64,000 nt of DNA from Candidatus Binatia bacterium (lineage in GTDB: Bacteria > Desulfobacterota > Binatia > UBA9968), in contig JBOHVS010000376.1 in the NCBI GenBank assembly GCA_050735975.1, positions 2,986 to 66,985 of the forward strand, read 5' to 3'. This document shows, in pieces, positions 56,264 through 64,000 of the stretch. Numbering within the stretch: the first letter of the stretch is position 1; every line of letters begins with the position of its first letter. The notes below the pieces were generated by a model, which saw only the letters and a list, made by a program, of their open reading frames with translations, did no database searches and had not been told where the DNA came from. Made by a program: the position numbers and the translations under genes.

Positions 56264-56866
56264 TAAGTTAAGGCTCAGGTTAAGGTTGAATTGTCGATCT
56301 TAGCCTTAGCCTCGACAGATTGATTTTCCGAACTTCGAACGGTTATATATTTAAAGATCCCTCACTTCGTCAGACTGTGTGGAAAACTAGCCGACTAAGT
56401 ATTGGAAATGACAATCGGTACCCGTTCGTGCTGAGCCTGGTCGAAGCGCGAACGGAGAGTTTTCACACAGGCTGCCGTTCGGGATGACGCCGCTGTCATT
56501 TCGAGCTCAGCGAGAAATCCTTGTCCCGAGTCCACCGAGGGATCTGTTTTGTCTTGCGCGTCACACCTCAGCCTTCGCCTGTTCTCTTCTGCCTTAACCT
56601 TAACCTCAGAAGCTGGGAAAAAATTAGCCGTTGCCCTTCGACGAGCTCAGAGCCTGCACTGAGTTTACCGAAGTGACGAACGGCTAAGTACTCAAATTCC
56701 CATTGTGCTATACCGCTCGTGGTGAGCATGTCGAACCATGAGCGGATTCTTTCACAGCCTCTCAGCCTGATCTACCGGTAACCTGTTCTCCTGGCGCGTT
56801 CTCTGATAGGTTTAGACTTAGAAACGTCGAACGTCCTTAACGTTAAAGCGGAACCTTAGCCTTTCT
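56264..56866. repeat. Composite array of R10, R9 and R8 modules filling the rpoD-pepN spacer
   Basis: In order: R10 (56264-56316), R9 (56421-56476), R8 (56481-56520), R10 (56568-56610), R9 variant (56712-56760), R10-like (56809-56866). No ORF over 60 codons in the spacer. Confidence 0.75.
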
Positions 56867-56929
56867 CCCGTTACGCTGCCGTCTGCCTTGAGCCGAATTG
56901 AAATGGCTATTCAGGATTGGAGCCCGCCG

Positions 56930-59476
56930 ATGCCGGAAGAGAAACCCTACAGATTGCCTCTAAGTCTCACGCCCGAGCGTTATGAGATTCGATTGACGCC
57001 GGATTTGTCCGCCGCGACCTTCGTGGGCGAGGAGACCGTGTTCTTTGAAGTTCATGAGCCGATCCAACGGATCATTCTCAATGCCGCGGAGCTGGAGTTT
57101 CAAGCGGTTTCTATCGAAGGCGCCGGTGGCAAAGCGCTTGCGGCAAGCACGACTTTTGACAACGAGAATGAACGAGCGATCCTGAACTTTCCTGAAATAC
57201 TTGAGCCGGGACCATGGCAGTTGCGGCTCGTGTTTTCCGGGATCTTGAACAATAAGCTTCACGGCTTCTATCTTAGCACCTATAAAGATGCTAACGGCCG
57301 GCAGAAAGCGCTCGCTTCGACTCAGTTCGAATCCACCGATGCGCGCCGAGCATTCCCATGCTGGGACGAACCGGCCTTCAAGGCGGTTTTCCAGGTTACT
57401 CTAGTGGTGGAGGAGGGTTTAACAGCAATCTCCAACACGCAGGTCCTGCGCGAGACTTCTCTGCGCGCGATCGGAAAGAAAGAGGTCGTTTTCGCCGATT
57501 CAATAAGGATGTCGACCTATCTCGTTGCCTTCATCGTCGGCGAGTTTGAGGCAACCGAGCCGGTCCTTGTAGGCAGCGCGCCACTGCGCGTCTGGGCGGT
57601 CCCGGGAAAACGCCGGCTCGCAAAGTTTGCTCAGGAGGTGGGAGCTTTTTCTCTCTCTTATTTCAGCAGCTACTATGGCATCCCTTATCCGGGCGACAAA
57701 TTGGATTTGGTCGCAATCCCCGATTTTGCCTCCGGCGCGATGGAAAACTTTGGCGCCATCACGTTTCGCGAGACGGCTCTTCTCGTTGACGAAGAGAAGG
57801 CAACCCGTAGCGAACTCGAACGCGTAGCGGATGTGGTGTCGCACGAGAACGCCCACATGTGGTTCGGCGACCTGGTTACGATGCGTTGGTGGAACGGGCT
57901 GTGGTTGAACGAGGCCTTCGCCACCTTTATGGAAATGCTCGCTGTCGACGCGTGGAAGCCGGGGTGGCGGCGCTGGGACAGCTTTACGGTTTCTCGCGCT
58001 GCCGCGATGCAGGTCGATGGTCTCAAGAGTACGCGCCCGATCGAGTTCCCGGTGGAAAAACCTGAGGAGGCCGCGGGCATGTTCGACGTCTTAACTTACG
58101 AGAAGGGCGCGTCGGTGTTGCGCATGCTGGAGCAGTATCTCGGAGCCGACGCCTTCCGCGACGGCATCCGCTTGTATTTGCGGAGGCACGAATACGCGAA
58201 CGCGGAGACCACGGATCTGTGGGACGCTCTGGAAGAGGCCACGCATCAGCCGGTGCGCGCCTTGATGGACACGTGGATCTTCCAGCCTGGACATCCGCTG
58301 ATCAGTGTCGAACGAGAAGGTCGCGCCCTGATTTTATCGCAACGCATATTTCGTTACCTCGGCGACGGGGATCCTCAAGGCGCCAAGTGGCACGTGCCGA
58401 TTTTTCTGCGCATGAACACGGAACGAGGCGTCACCGATAGGTGCGTTCTTTTGACGGATCGAGAACTGCGCATGGAAGTTTCCGATGACGTAGACAGGGT
58501 AGTGGTTAATGCCGGCGGGCACGGGTTTTACCGCGTTCGTTACAGTTCGGATCTCATGGCCGCTGTCAAAGAAGGGGTACAAAAGAATCTTCAGCCGGTC
58601 GAGCGCTTCAACCTAGTCAATGATAGTTGGGCGACGGCACTTGCCGGGTTGAGCTCGTTGACCGACTATCTGGGCTTGATCGATCTAATGCGCGACGAGA
58701 TCGACGTAAACGTTTGGACTTCCGTGATCGCCTCTTGCCATCACCTGAACCGAATTTTCGATGAGAACCAGTCTAGCGCCTTCCGTGAACGGATCCGCGG
58801 TGATCTGCTCCCGGCTGTTGAGCGCCTCGGCTGGTCGCCGGCTGAAGGCGAATCGGAGTTGCAGAGCCAGCTCCGCGGCGACTTAATTGGGGCTCTTGGC
58901 ACGCTGGCAGACGACAAGGCGTGCCAGGCGCGGGCGCGGGAGTTCTACTCGCAATTCGAGAAAGACGCGAATGCAGTCGATCGAAACTTGGTTCCGGCTT
59001 TAGTTTCGATTGTCGCCTACACCGGGTCCGGCGAGGACTATGAGAAATTTTATCCCAGATTTAAGAACGCCCAAACTCCACAGGAGGAAACGCGCTATCT
59101 TTTCGCCCTGGCGGCTTTTCGGCAACTACCCTTGATCCAGCGAACCTTGGACTTGACTGTTAATGGCGAGGTGCGCACGCAAAACGCGCCGTATCTCATG
59201 CGGAGCCTTCTTTTAAACAAGGACGCGAGGGCGCAAGCCTGGTCATTCATGAAAAACCACTGGGAAGAGATGACAAGGCAATACCCCGACAACTCCATTC
59301 CACGCATGTGCGAAGGCATCATCGGGCTGGTCACTCCTGAGCTTGAATCCGACGTCAGAGACTTCTTTGCCCGTCACCCCGTGAAGCAGGGAGCCAAGCA
59401 ACTCGAGCAGCACATGGAACGGCTACGCATCGCGCTTGCTTGCAAAGAGCGCTGGAAGGATTTGCTGCGAGAGTAG
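56930..59476 (+). CDS. pepN: M1 family aminopeptidase N
   Basis: GAMENFG exopeptidase motif and HENAHMWFGDLVTMRWWNGLWLNEAF (HExxH-x18-E). ERAP1-like C-terminal domain. Start uncertain: ATG 56930 has GGAG upstream, with alternatives at 56903 and 56888. Confidence 0.9.
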   Translation: MPEEKPYRLPLSLTPERYEIRLTPDLSAATFVGEETVFFEVHEPIQRIILNAAELEFQAVSIEGAGGKALAASTTFDNENERAILNFPEILEPGPWQLRLVFSGILNNKLHGFYLSTYKDANGRQKALASTQFESTDARRAFPCWDEPAFKAVFQVTLVVEEGLTAISNTQVLRETSLRAIGKKEVVFADSIRMSTYLVAFIVGEFEATEPVLVGSAPLRVWAVPGKRRLAKFAQEVGAFSLSYFSSYYGIPYPGDKLDLVAIPDFASGAMENFGAITFRETALLVDEEKATRSELERVADVVSHENAHMWFGDLVTMRWWNGLWLNEAFATFMEMLAVDAWKPGWRRWDSFTVSRAAAMQVDGLKSTRPIEFPVEKPEEAAGMFDVLTYEKGASVLRMLEQYLGADAFRDGIRLYLRRHEYANAETTDLWDALEEATHQPVRALMDTWIFQPGHPLISVEREGRALILSQRIFRYLGDGDPQGAKWHVPIFLRMNTERGVTDRCVLLTDRELRMEVSDDVDRVVVNAGGHGFYRVRYSSDLMAAVKEGVQKNLQPVERFNLVNDSWATALAGLSSLTDYLGLIDLMRDEIDVNVWTSVIASCHHLNRIFDENQSSAFRERIRGDLLPAVERLGWSPAEGESELQSQLRGDLIGALGTLADDKACQARAREFYSQFEKDANAVDRNLVPALVSIVAYTGSGEDYEKFYPRFKNAQTPQEETRYLFALAAFRQLPLIQRTLDLTVNGEVRTQNAPYLMRSLLLNKDARAQAWSFMKNHWEEMTRQYPDNSIPRMCEGIIGLVTPELESDVRDFFARHPVKQGAKQLEQHMERLRIALACKERWKDLLRE

Positions 59477-59515
59477 GAAGTCCAGGGTACACGCGAGATC
59501 GAGCGCGTTAAGTAT

Positions 59516-60175
59516 ATGAGTAAAGCGAAGTTGGTATCTTGGTTTTTCCTTGCGCTGTCGCTTTCGGCCTGTACCGCCTATCGAGTGGCGGGGCAGGTCC
59601 AGTCGGGGAGACAGGCTCTTATGATCAGTAACTCCGAAGCCGCTCTGGCTTATTTCCAAGAAGCTGTCAAAACCGACCCCGATTACATATATCAATTCTC
59701 GTTATACCGGCAGGGAGTTTGGACCTACCTCGGCCGCGCTCAATACAATTTAGGTAAGTTGCAGGAGGCCCGCCGATCTTTTGAGCGAGCGCTTTCAATT
59801 TATTCCGACGATTACTTGGCCAGGGTCTATTTAGGTTTGACCCTGGCGCGCATGGGCGATCAATCGCAAGCTCGCAAACAAATCGAGGCCGGACTCAAGG
59901 GTCTTTATGACTGGCTGGAGTATATCAACGCCGCCCGGCCATTCGAGGCGTACTGGGACCCCAGGCGTGAGATTCGCTCCGCAATCGACCAAAGTCTCGC
60001 GATGATTTCAAGCAGGGACATCGATTGGCCGGCGCTGATCGCCAACGGCGAGTGGATCGGCCAGAGGATGGAGCAAGAGATCGATTACGTCAGGAGAGAG
60101 GAACAGCGAGAGTTGTTTGAACGCGATCGGTTTGGCAGGCCTGAATTCGGACTTGGCATAGGCATCGGGTTTTGA
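59516..60175 (+). CDS. TPR-repeat lipoprotein
   Basis: Lipobox LALSLSAC. TPR-like helices (ALAYFQEAVKTDPDY, LQEARRSFERALSIYSDDYLARVYLGLTL). Confidence 0.7.
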   Translation: MSKAKLVSWFFLALSLSACTAYRVAGQVQSGRQALMISNSEAALAYFQEAVKTDPDYIYQFSLYRQGVWTYLGRAQYNLGKLQEARRSFERALSIYSDDYLARVYLGLTLARMGDQSQARKQIEAGLKGLYDWLEYINAARPFEAYWDPRREIRSAIDQSLAMISSRDIDWPALIANGEWIGQRMEQEIDYVRREEQRELFERDRFGRPEFGLGIGIGF

Positions 60176-61065
60176 CTGAAGTGTCGAGCAAGAAGGGTCA
60201 GGTCTTTATTTTTGCTGTTGGGACTCGTTTTCATCAGCCGGCTAATCGTAGAATAGTGCAAGTCCAAGAAATCAGCGACTTCCACCTGACTATACCCATA
60301 CCTGGTTACGGCCTCTGAGATCGCTTTATCTCTTGACGGCTTTCGACTTTTAGCGGTCTTGAAGAGCTGTTCAAGCGATGGCCGTCCTATGTAGCGCTGC
60401 CCTCTGGGTATCTCCTGGATCTCCATCTTCTCCGCAAGGTGAGGTAGCAATCCCTCGACAAAACCCTCAACTCCTAATAGGCTCTGTCCTTTTAAGTCAT
60501 TCCAAAGCGAAGGTCCCTCTGTTCCATCGCCCACAAATTCTCGGTACTTCTCCCGCGCCTGGGTCCTTCGTTGACCGAACTGGCTTAATATCTCCTCTGT
60601 CGTAAGACATCCATGGACGGGAACCATGCCCGCAGTCGCCCGGTAACTGCTCCACTTCCATTGCCGGGGCTGTTTGACCGATCGGGCTCTGACCGGGTTA
60701 AGCACCACGTAACGACAGACCTCAAGAAAATGCGTGTCTTTTTGTACAAGGATTCCCTTAAACCGCCCCTGAAACACGTGCCCCACCCTGCGGTGCCGCC
60801 GGTTGAAGGCTTGGGTGTAGACTCCGTTGAGCTGGCGCATCCCTTTGGACAAATTCCCATCGGGCGTCTCAATCACCAGATGATAATGATTATTCATCAG
60901 GCAATAGGCATGACAGATCCAGTGGAACCGCTCATTGACATGGGTGAGGGTGCCCAAGAATAGCTTTCGATCAGCGGCATCCTTGAAGATCGCCCTTTGC
61001 TCATTTCCCCGTGACGTTACATGATACAGGGCGCCATCAAAATCGATTCTCAACGGTCGGGCCAT
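60085..61065 (-). CDS. HUH/Y1 transposase-like protein (IS200/IS605 or RAYT-like) with C-terminal DnaA_C-like HTH
   Basis: ATG at 61063-61065. YHVTSRGNEQRAIF, HUH motif NNHYHLVI, catalytic-Tyr region EVCRYVVLNPVRA. C-terminal YGYSQVEVADFLDLHYSTISRLMK. The last ~37 codons run past the left inverted repeat into the neighbouring gene and may be read-through. Confidence 0.8.
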   Translation of the reverse strand: MARPLRIDFDGALYHVTSRGNEQRAIFKDAADRKLFLGTLTHVNERFHWICHAYCLMNNHYHLVIETPDGNLSKGMRQLNGVYTQAFNRRHRRVGHVFQGRFKGILVQKDTHFLEVCRYVVLNPVRARSVKQPRQWKWSSYRATAGMVPVHGCLTTEEILSQFGQRRTQAREKYREFVGDGTEGPSLWNDLKGQSLLGVEGFVEGLLPHLAEKMEIQEIPRGQRYIGRPSLEQLFKTAKSRKPSRDKAISEAVTRYGYSQVEVADFLDLHYSTISRLMKTSPNSKNKDLTLLARHFSQNPMPMPSPNSGLPNRSRSNNSRCSSLLT

Positions 61066-61110
61066 GGGGCTCTTATAACCAATCAAACAGCAATAGTAAA
61101 GACCTGACCC
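60195..61110 (-). mobile_element. Putative 916-bp element bounded by a 25-bp imperfect inverted repeat around the Y1 transposase gene
   Basis: 60195-60219 GGGTCAGGTCTTTATTTTTGCTGTT versus the reverse complement of 61086-61110 (AACAGCAATAGTAAAGACCTGACCC): 23/25 matching, with a 14-bp perfect core. Confidence 0.5.
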
Positions 61111-61334
61111 CCTATTTTCCGGTTTCTGGCGTTCCAAGTATAGGTCGTAGTTCCGCTGGAGTCGGTGATGGTCAAAAGATTTCCATTATTGTCGTAGGTC
61201 AACGTCTTATCGCCAAACGTCGTTTGGTGGTTGGCCGCATTATAAGCAGTCGAGCTTATCTCTTGGGGGAGACCTGTACGGGCAAATGTCCCGCCGACTT
61301 TGGTTCTGCTGCCGTTTATCGTATTGTCTGCGAT
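61083..61334 (-). pseudogene. YD-repeat (RHS-family) gene fragment
   Basis: Start-less open frame of about 83 codons directly after the cls stop: ...TTFGDKTLTYDNNGNLLTITDSSGTTTYTWNARNR... fits the YD-repeat consensus. Similarity ends at about 61119, next to the right inverted repeat. Confidence 0.5.
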
Positions 61335-62591
61335 TCACAACTGCTCTTTTAGTGGAATCGTGAAGATTTCCAAGAATTTTTCCTTCCATGGACGCGCTTT
61401 CCACGCTTCGTGAGTCAGTCGCTTCGAGTGCTTCAGATCTTCTTGAAAAGCTTTCTCGAGCTCGCCGGCGATGCCTCGGTCGTAGACGATAAGGTTTATT
61501 TCTTCGTTCAGGGCGAACGAGCGGTTATCGAGATTCGTGCTTCCCACCGTGGCCCAGATTCCGTCAACGACCATTGTTTTGGCGTGCATCAGGGCGGGCT
61601 GATACTCGTAGATCTCGATGCCGCCCAGCAACAAGGGTCCAAAGCTGTTGCGGCTGGCCCAGTAAACCAGCTTGTGATCGATCTTGCCTGGAAGCAGAGC
61701 CACTACCTTGACGCCTCGTTTCACCGCGTTCAGCAATGCCTCTTGCATGCGCTCATCGGGCAAGAAATAGGGGTTAGAAAAATGGATCGTCTTGCGCGCA
61801 GAGCTAATGGACAGCAGGAACAGCATGTAAGATTCGAAGCTGCCCCCGAAAGGCGAGCTCTTGACGATCTGGGTGTAGGCTTTCCCCTGCGGCTCCAGCG
61901 TGGGGAAAAAGGCGTCGCCGCCGAGCGCTTTTCCGGTCGTTTCCCGCCAACTCTCGACGAAGGCGGCCTGGAGTTGCTGGACGATCGGTCCTTCGATTCT
62001 GGCGTCGGTGTCGCGCCAGTGATCCTCTTGCCGGCCGTCGCCGATCCAGGCTTCGCTCACGCCGTGGCCGCCGGTAAAGCCGATTTTTCCGTCGATCACA
62101 AGGATGCGGCGGTGATTTCGGTAGTTATAGCGCAAGAGCTCCCAAGGCGTGATGAATTGAAACAATTTGATGCGCCGAAACCACTCCAGTTGGCATCCTG
62201 ATTTTTTCCAAAGTTCGGGGATATCTTCGGGGATTTTGCTGCCGCCGTGCGAGTCGATCAACAAGTGCACTTGCACGCCTGCCCGGCAACGCTCGGCAAA
62301 AGCCTCGGCAATCTCGTAGGCAATGGCGCCGTCCTGATAGAGATACTGCGCATAGGTAATGCTCCGGCGCGCGCTCCGAATGGCTTTGAGCATCGCCGGA
62401 AAAGTTTCATCCCCGTTAAGCAGGATTTGTACCTGGTTGCCTCCTACGATCGGAGCGTTCGTATGCGCTGCGATCGTGGGAAAAAACGACGGTTCGCCGA
62501 GAACAACGTCGGGGATTTCAGTGATCGGGGTCACACCCGCACAGCCGAGGGGCAGGAAGATAAATATAAACACCCACCTGGTCAAGATCAT
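61335..62591 (-). CDS. cls: Cardiolipin synthase / phospholipase D family (two HKD motifs)
   Basis: NHRRILVIDGKIGFTGGHGVSE and MHAKTMVVDGIWATVGSTNLDNRS. Single N-terminal hydrophobic segment. Confidence 0.9.
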   Translation of the reverse strand: MILTRWVFIFIFLPLGCAGVTPITEIPDVVLGEPSFFPTIAAHTNAPIVGGNQVQILLNGDETFPAMLKAIRSARRSITYAQYLYQDGAIAYEIAEAFAERCRAGVQVHLLIDSHGGSKIPEDIPELWKKSGCQLEWFRRIKLFQFITPWELLRYNYRNHRRILVIDGKIGFTGGHGVSEAWIGDGRQEDHWRDTDARIEGPIVQQLQAAFVESWRETTGKALGGDAFFPTLEPQGKAYTQIVKSSPFGGSFESYMLFLLSISSARKTIHFSNPYFLPDERMQEALLNAVKRGVKVVALLPGKIDHKLVYWASRNSFGPLLLGGIEIYEYQPALMHAKTMVVDGIWATVGSTNLDNRSFALNEEINLIVYDRGIAGELEKAFQEDLKHSKRLTHEAWKARPWKEKFLEIFTIPLKEQL

Positions 62592-62644
62592 CGAAGTTAA
62601 ATATCAATTCTGCCGATTTCCAACAAGCTCTTTGAAGAGCAGTG

Positions 62645-62780
62645 GGCTGGGAGCATGGAGGGAAGGGTAGATATCAGAGGTCACAAGTCAGAGGTCAGAA
62701 AAAATCAGTCGAAGCTCGAAACTCGAATTTCGCAATTGGATCCGACCGCCTCCGGCTCCTCGCTCCATGCTCCCAGCTCG
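62645..62780. repeat. Family R3 copy with long-range arms
   Basis: GCTGGGAGCATGGAGG (62647-62662) pairs with CCTCGCTCCATGCTCCCAGC (62758-62777). Internal CAGAGGTCACAAGTCAGAGGTCAGA. Confidence 0.75.
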
Positions 62781-63007
62781 ATGCTCGTTCCCGCCCGGCC
62801 TGTTTACGCCTGTCATGCGATCGTGTTAGGTTCGGGGTCATCGACATGCGCACTGCGGGGAGATCGTGTGTCCCTCAAGTTAAGTTATTTGATAAGACTT
62901 ACCCCGTGGAAGTAAACGCCCCGATTGAGCTTCGGATAAGTAACTCCCGTTCACCTTTCGACCGATGCTCAGGATGAACGGCATACATACTGGAGCGATT
63001 GGCAGTT

Positions 63008-63040
63008 TCCGTTCGTGCTGAGCTTAGTCGAAGCATGAAA
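63008..63040. repeat. Family R9 partial copy
   Basis: CCGTTCGTGCTGAGCTTAGTCGAAGCATGAAAC, with a related palindrome CCGTTCACC...GATGAACGG just upstream. Confidence 0.7.
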
Positions 63041-63129
63041 CCCATTTAACGGTCATTAATTGCAATAAAGCGTCGCGCTGGCTTGGCTTCGCTAATTCTC
63101 AAATCTTGAAAAAAATAGGAGGTGACTTT

Positions 63130-64000
63130 ATGAACTTCAATCGCCGGGGTTTTCTCAAAGTGAGCATCGGTGCGGGCGCCTCGCTATTGCTTCCGCCCGC
63201 CGACATGCCGGCGCAGGGAACTCCGTTGCTGCAAAAGAAGATCCCATCGAGCGGCGAGAGCATCCCAATCATAGGCATCGGCACGGCCCGGCGATACGAG
63301 GCGATCAAAACAGAGGCGGAGAAGGTACCGCTGAAAGAAACGATTCGCCAATTCAAAGAGTTGGGCGGCAAAGCAATCGACAGCTCTCCCACCTACGGCA
63401 CCGCGGAAGCGGTGGTGGGCGAGCTTGTGGAGGATCTAAAGGTTCGCGAGTCGCTGTTTCTGGCCACCAAGGTGAGCCTGCGCAATGCCGGGCGGGAAGC
63501 AGGGCTTCAGCAAATCGAGCAGTCGTTCAAGAGGCTGCGCACCAACAAGATCGACCTTATTGCCGTTCACAATCTGCGCGACACCCAGACGCAGCTTCGC
63601 ACCCTCCGCGAGTTGAAGCAGGCCGGTCGCATCCGGTACGTCGGCATCACGACGTCATTCGATAAGCAATACGGTGAGTTCGAACAAACGATGAAAGACG
63701 AGGCTCTGGACTTCATCCAGGTGGACTATGCCTTAGACAATCGGGATGCGGGGGAAAGGATCATACCGCTCGCGGTGGATCGCGGGATGGCGGCGATGAT
63801 CAACCTGCCCTTCGGGCGCGGGCGGCTGTTCAGCGCCGTACAAGGCAAAAAGCTGCCGGAGTGGGCCGGCGAGTTTGACTGTGGGTCGTGGGCTCAGTTC
63901 TTTCTCAAGTACATCGTGTCTCATCCTGCCGTTACGTGCGCCGTGCCTGGTATGGCCAAGGCCGAATACGTTGTGGACAATCTCGGCGCCGCGCGGGGGC
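63130..64000 (+). CDS. Aldo/keto reductase with twin-arginine signal (3' end outside the window)
   Basis: My own translation; the ORF is not in the track because it has no stop inside the window. SD AGGAGGTGA, then MNFNRRGFLKVSIGAGASLLLPP..., IDSSPTYGTAE, RYVGITTS. Open to position 64000. Confidence 0.85.
   Translation, partial: MNFNRRGFLKVSIGAGASLLLPPADMPAQGTPLLQKKIPSSGESIPIIGIGTARRYEAIKTEAEKVPLKETIRQFKELGGKAIDSSPTYGTAEAVVGELVEDLKVRESLFLATKVSLRNAGREAGLQQIEQSFKRLRTNKIDLIAVHNLRDTQTQLRTLRELKQAGRIRYVGITTSFDKQYGEFEQTMKDEALDFIQVDYALDNRDAGERIIPLAVDRGMAAMINLPFGRGRLFSAVQGKKLPEWAGEFDCGSWAQFFLKYIVSHPAVTCAVPGMAKAEYVVDNLGAARG

Noticed and set aside
52-63040. Possibility that the recurring short repeats are CRISPR arrays
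   Set aside because: No regularly spaced identical direct repeats with unique spacers are present. Copies are dispersed, palindromic and in both orientations, and no cas genes are in the window.

Overview
Gene-dense chromosomal segment (about 54 supported CDS, no rRNA, tRNA or CRISPR found by eye) from a moderately GC-rich bacterium. The taxon cannot be assigned from sequence alone. The content is catabolic and transport-heavy. Housekeeping genes sit at the edges: RlmD-like methyltransferase, ABC/FtsX exporter, Pal-like lipoprotein, RpoD-like sigma factor, PepN, cardiolipin synthase. There are three intact amidohydrolase_2 paralogues plus one remnant, a D-aminoacylase, TctAB, a TAXI-TRAP system, an HpcH aldolase and a MetE-like / heme-oxygenase-like pair. 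The most notable feature is a ~27 kb plus-strand CoA-thioester cluster (18.7-36.9 kb and 41.1-45.9 kb). It holds 4 ACAD-fold proteins, 6 crotonases, a CoA ligase and 3 family III CoA-transferase units, one of which is an A-B fusion of the other two. It also holds a thiolase-fold/DUF35 pair that appears to lack every canonical thiolase catalytic residue, two HCHL-like hydratase/lyases and a binding-protein importer with no ATPase. I see no 3-hydroxyacyl-CoA dehydrogenase and no canonical thiolase, which suggests side-chain shortening by retro-aldol cleavage on an unknown substrate. This is my best candidate for an undescribed system, but it rests on by-eye motif alignments against sequences recalled from memory. 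The second notable feature is that almost every intergenic spacer over 100 bp carries short palindromic repeat modules from at least ten recurring families. One HUH/Y1 (IS200/RAYT-like) transposase gene is bounded by a 25-bp inverted repeat and abuts a YD-repeat gene remnant. Starts were chosen by ATG/GTG plus Shine-Dalgarno inspection. No searches were run.
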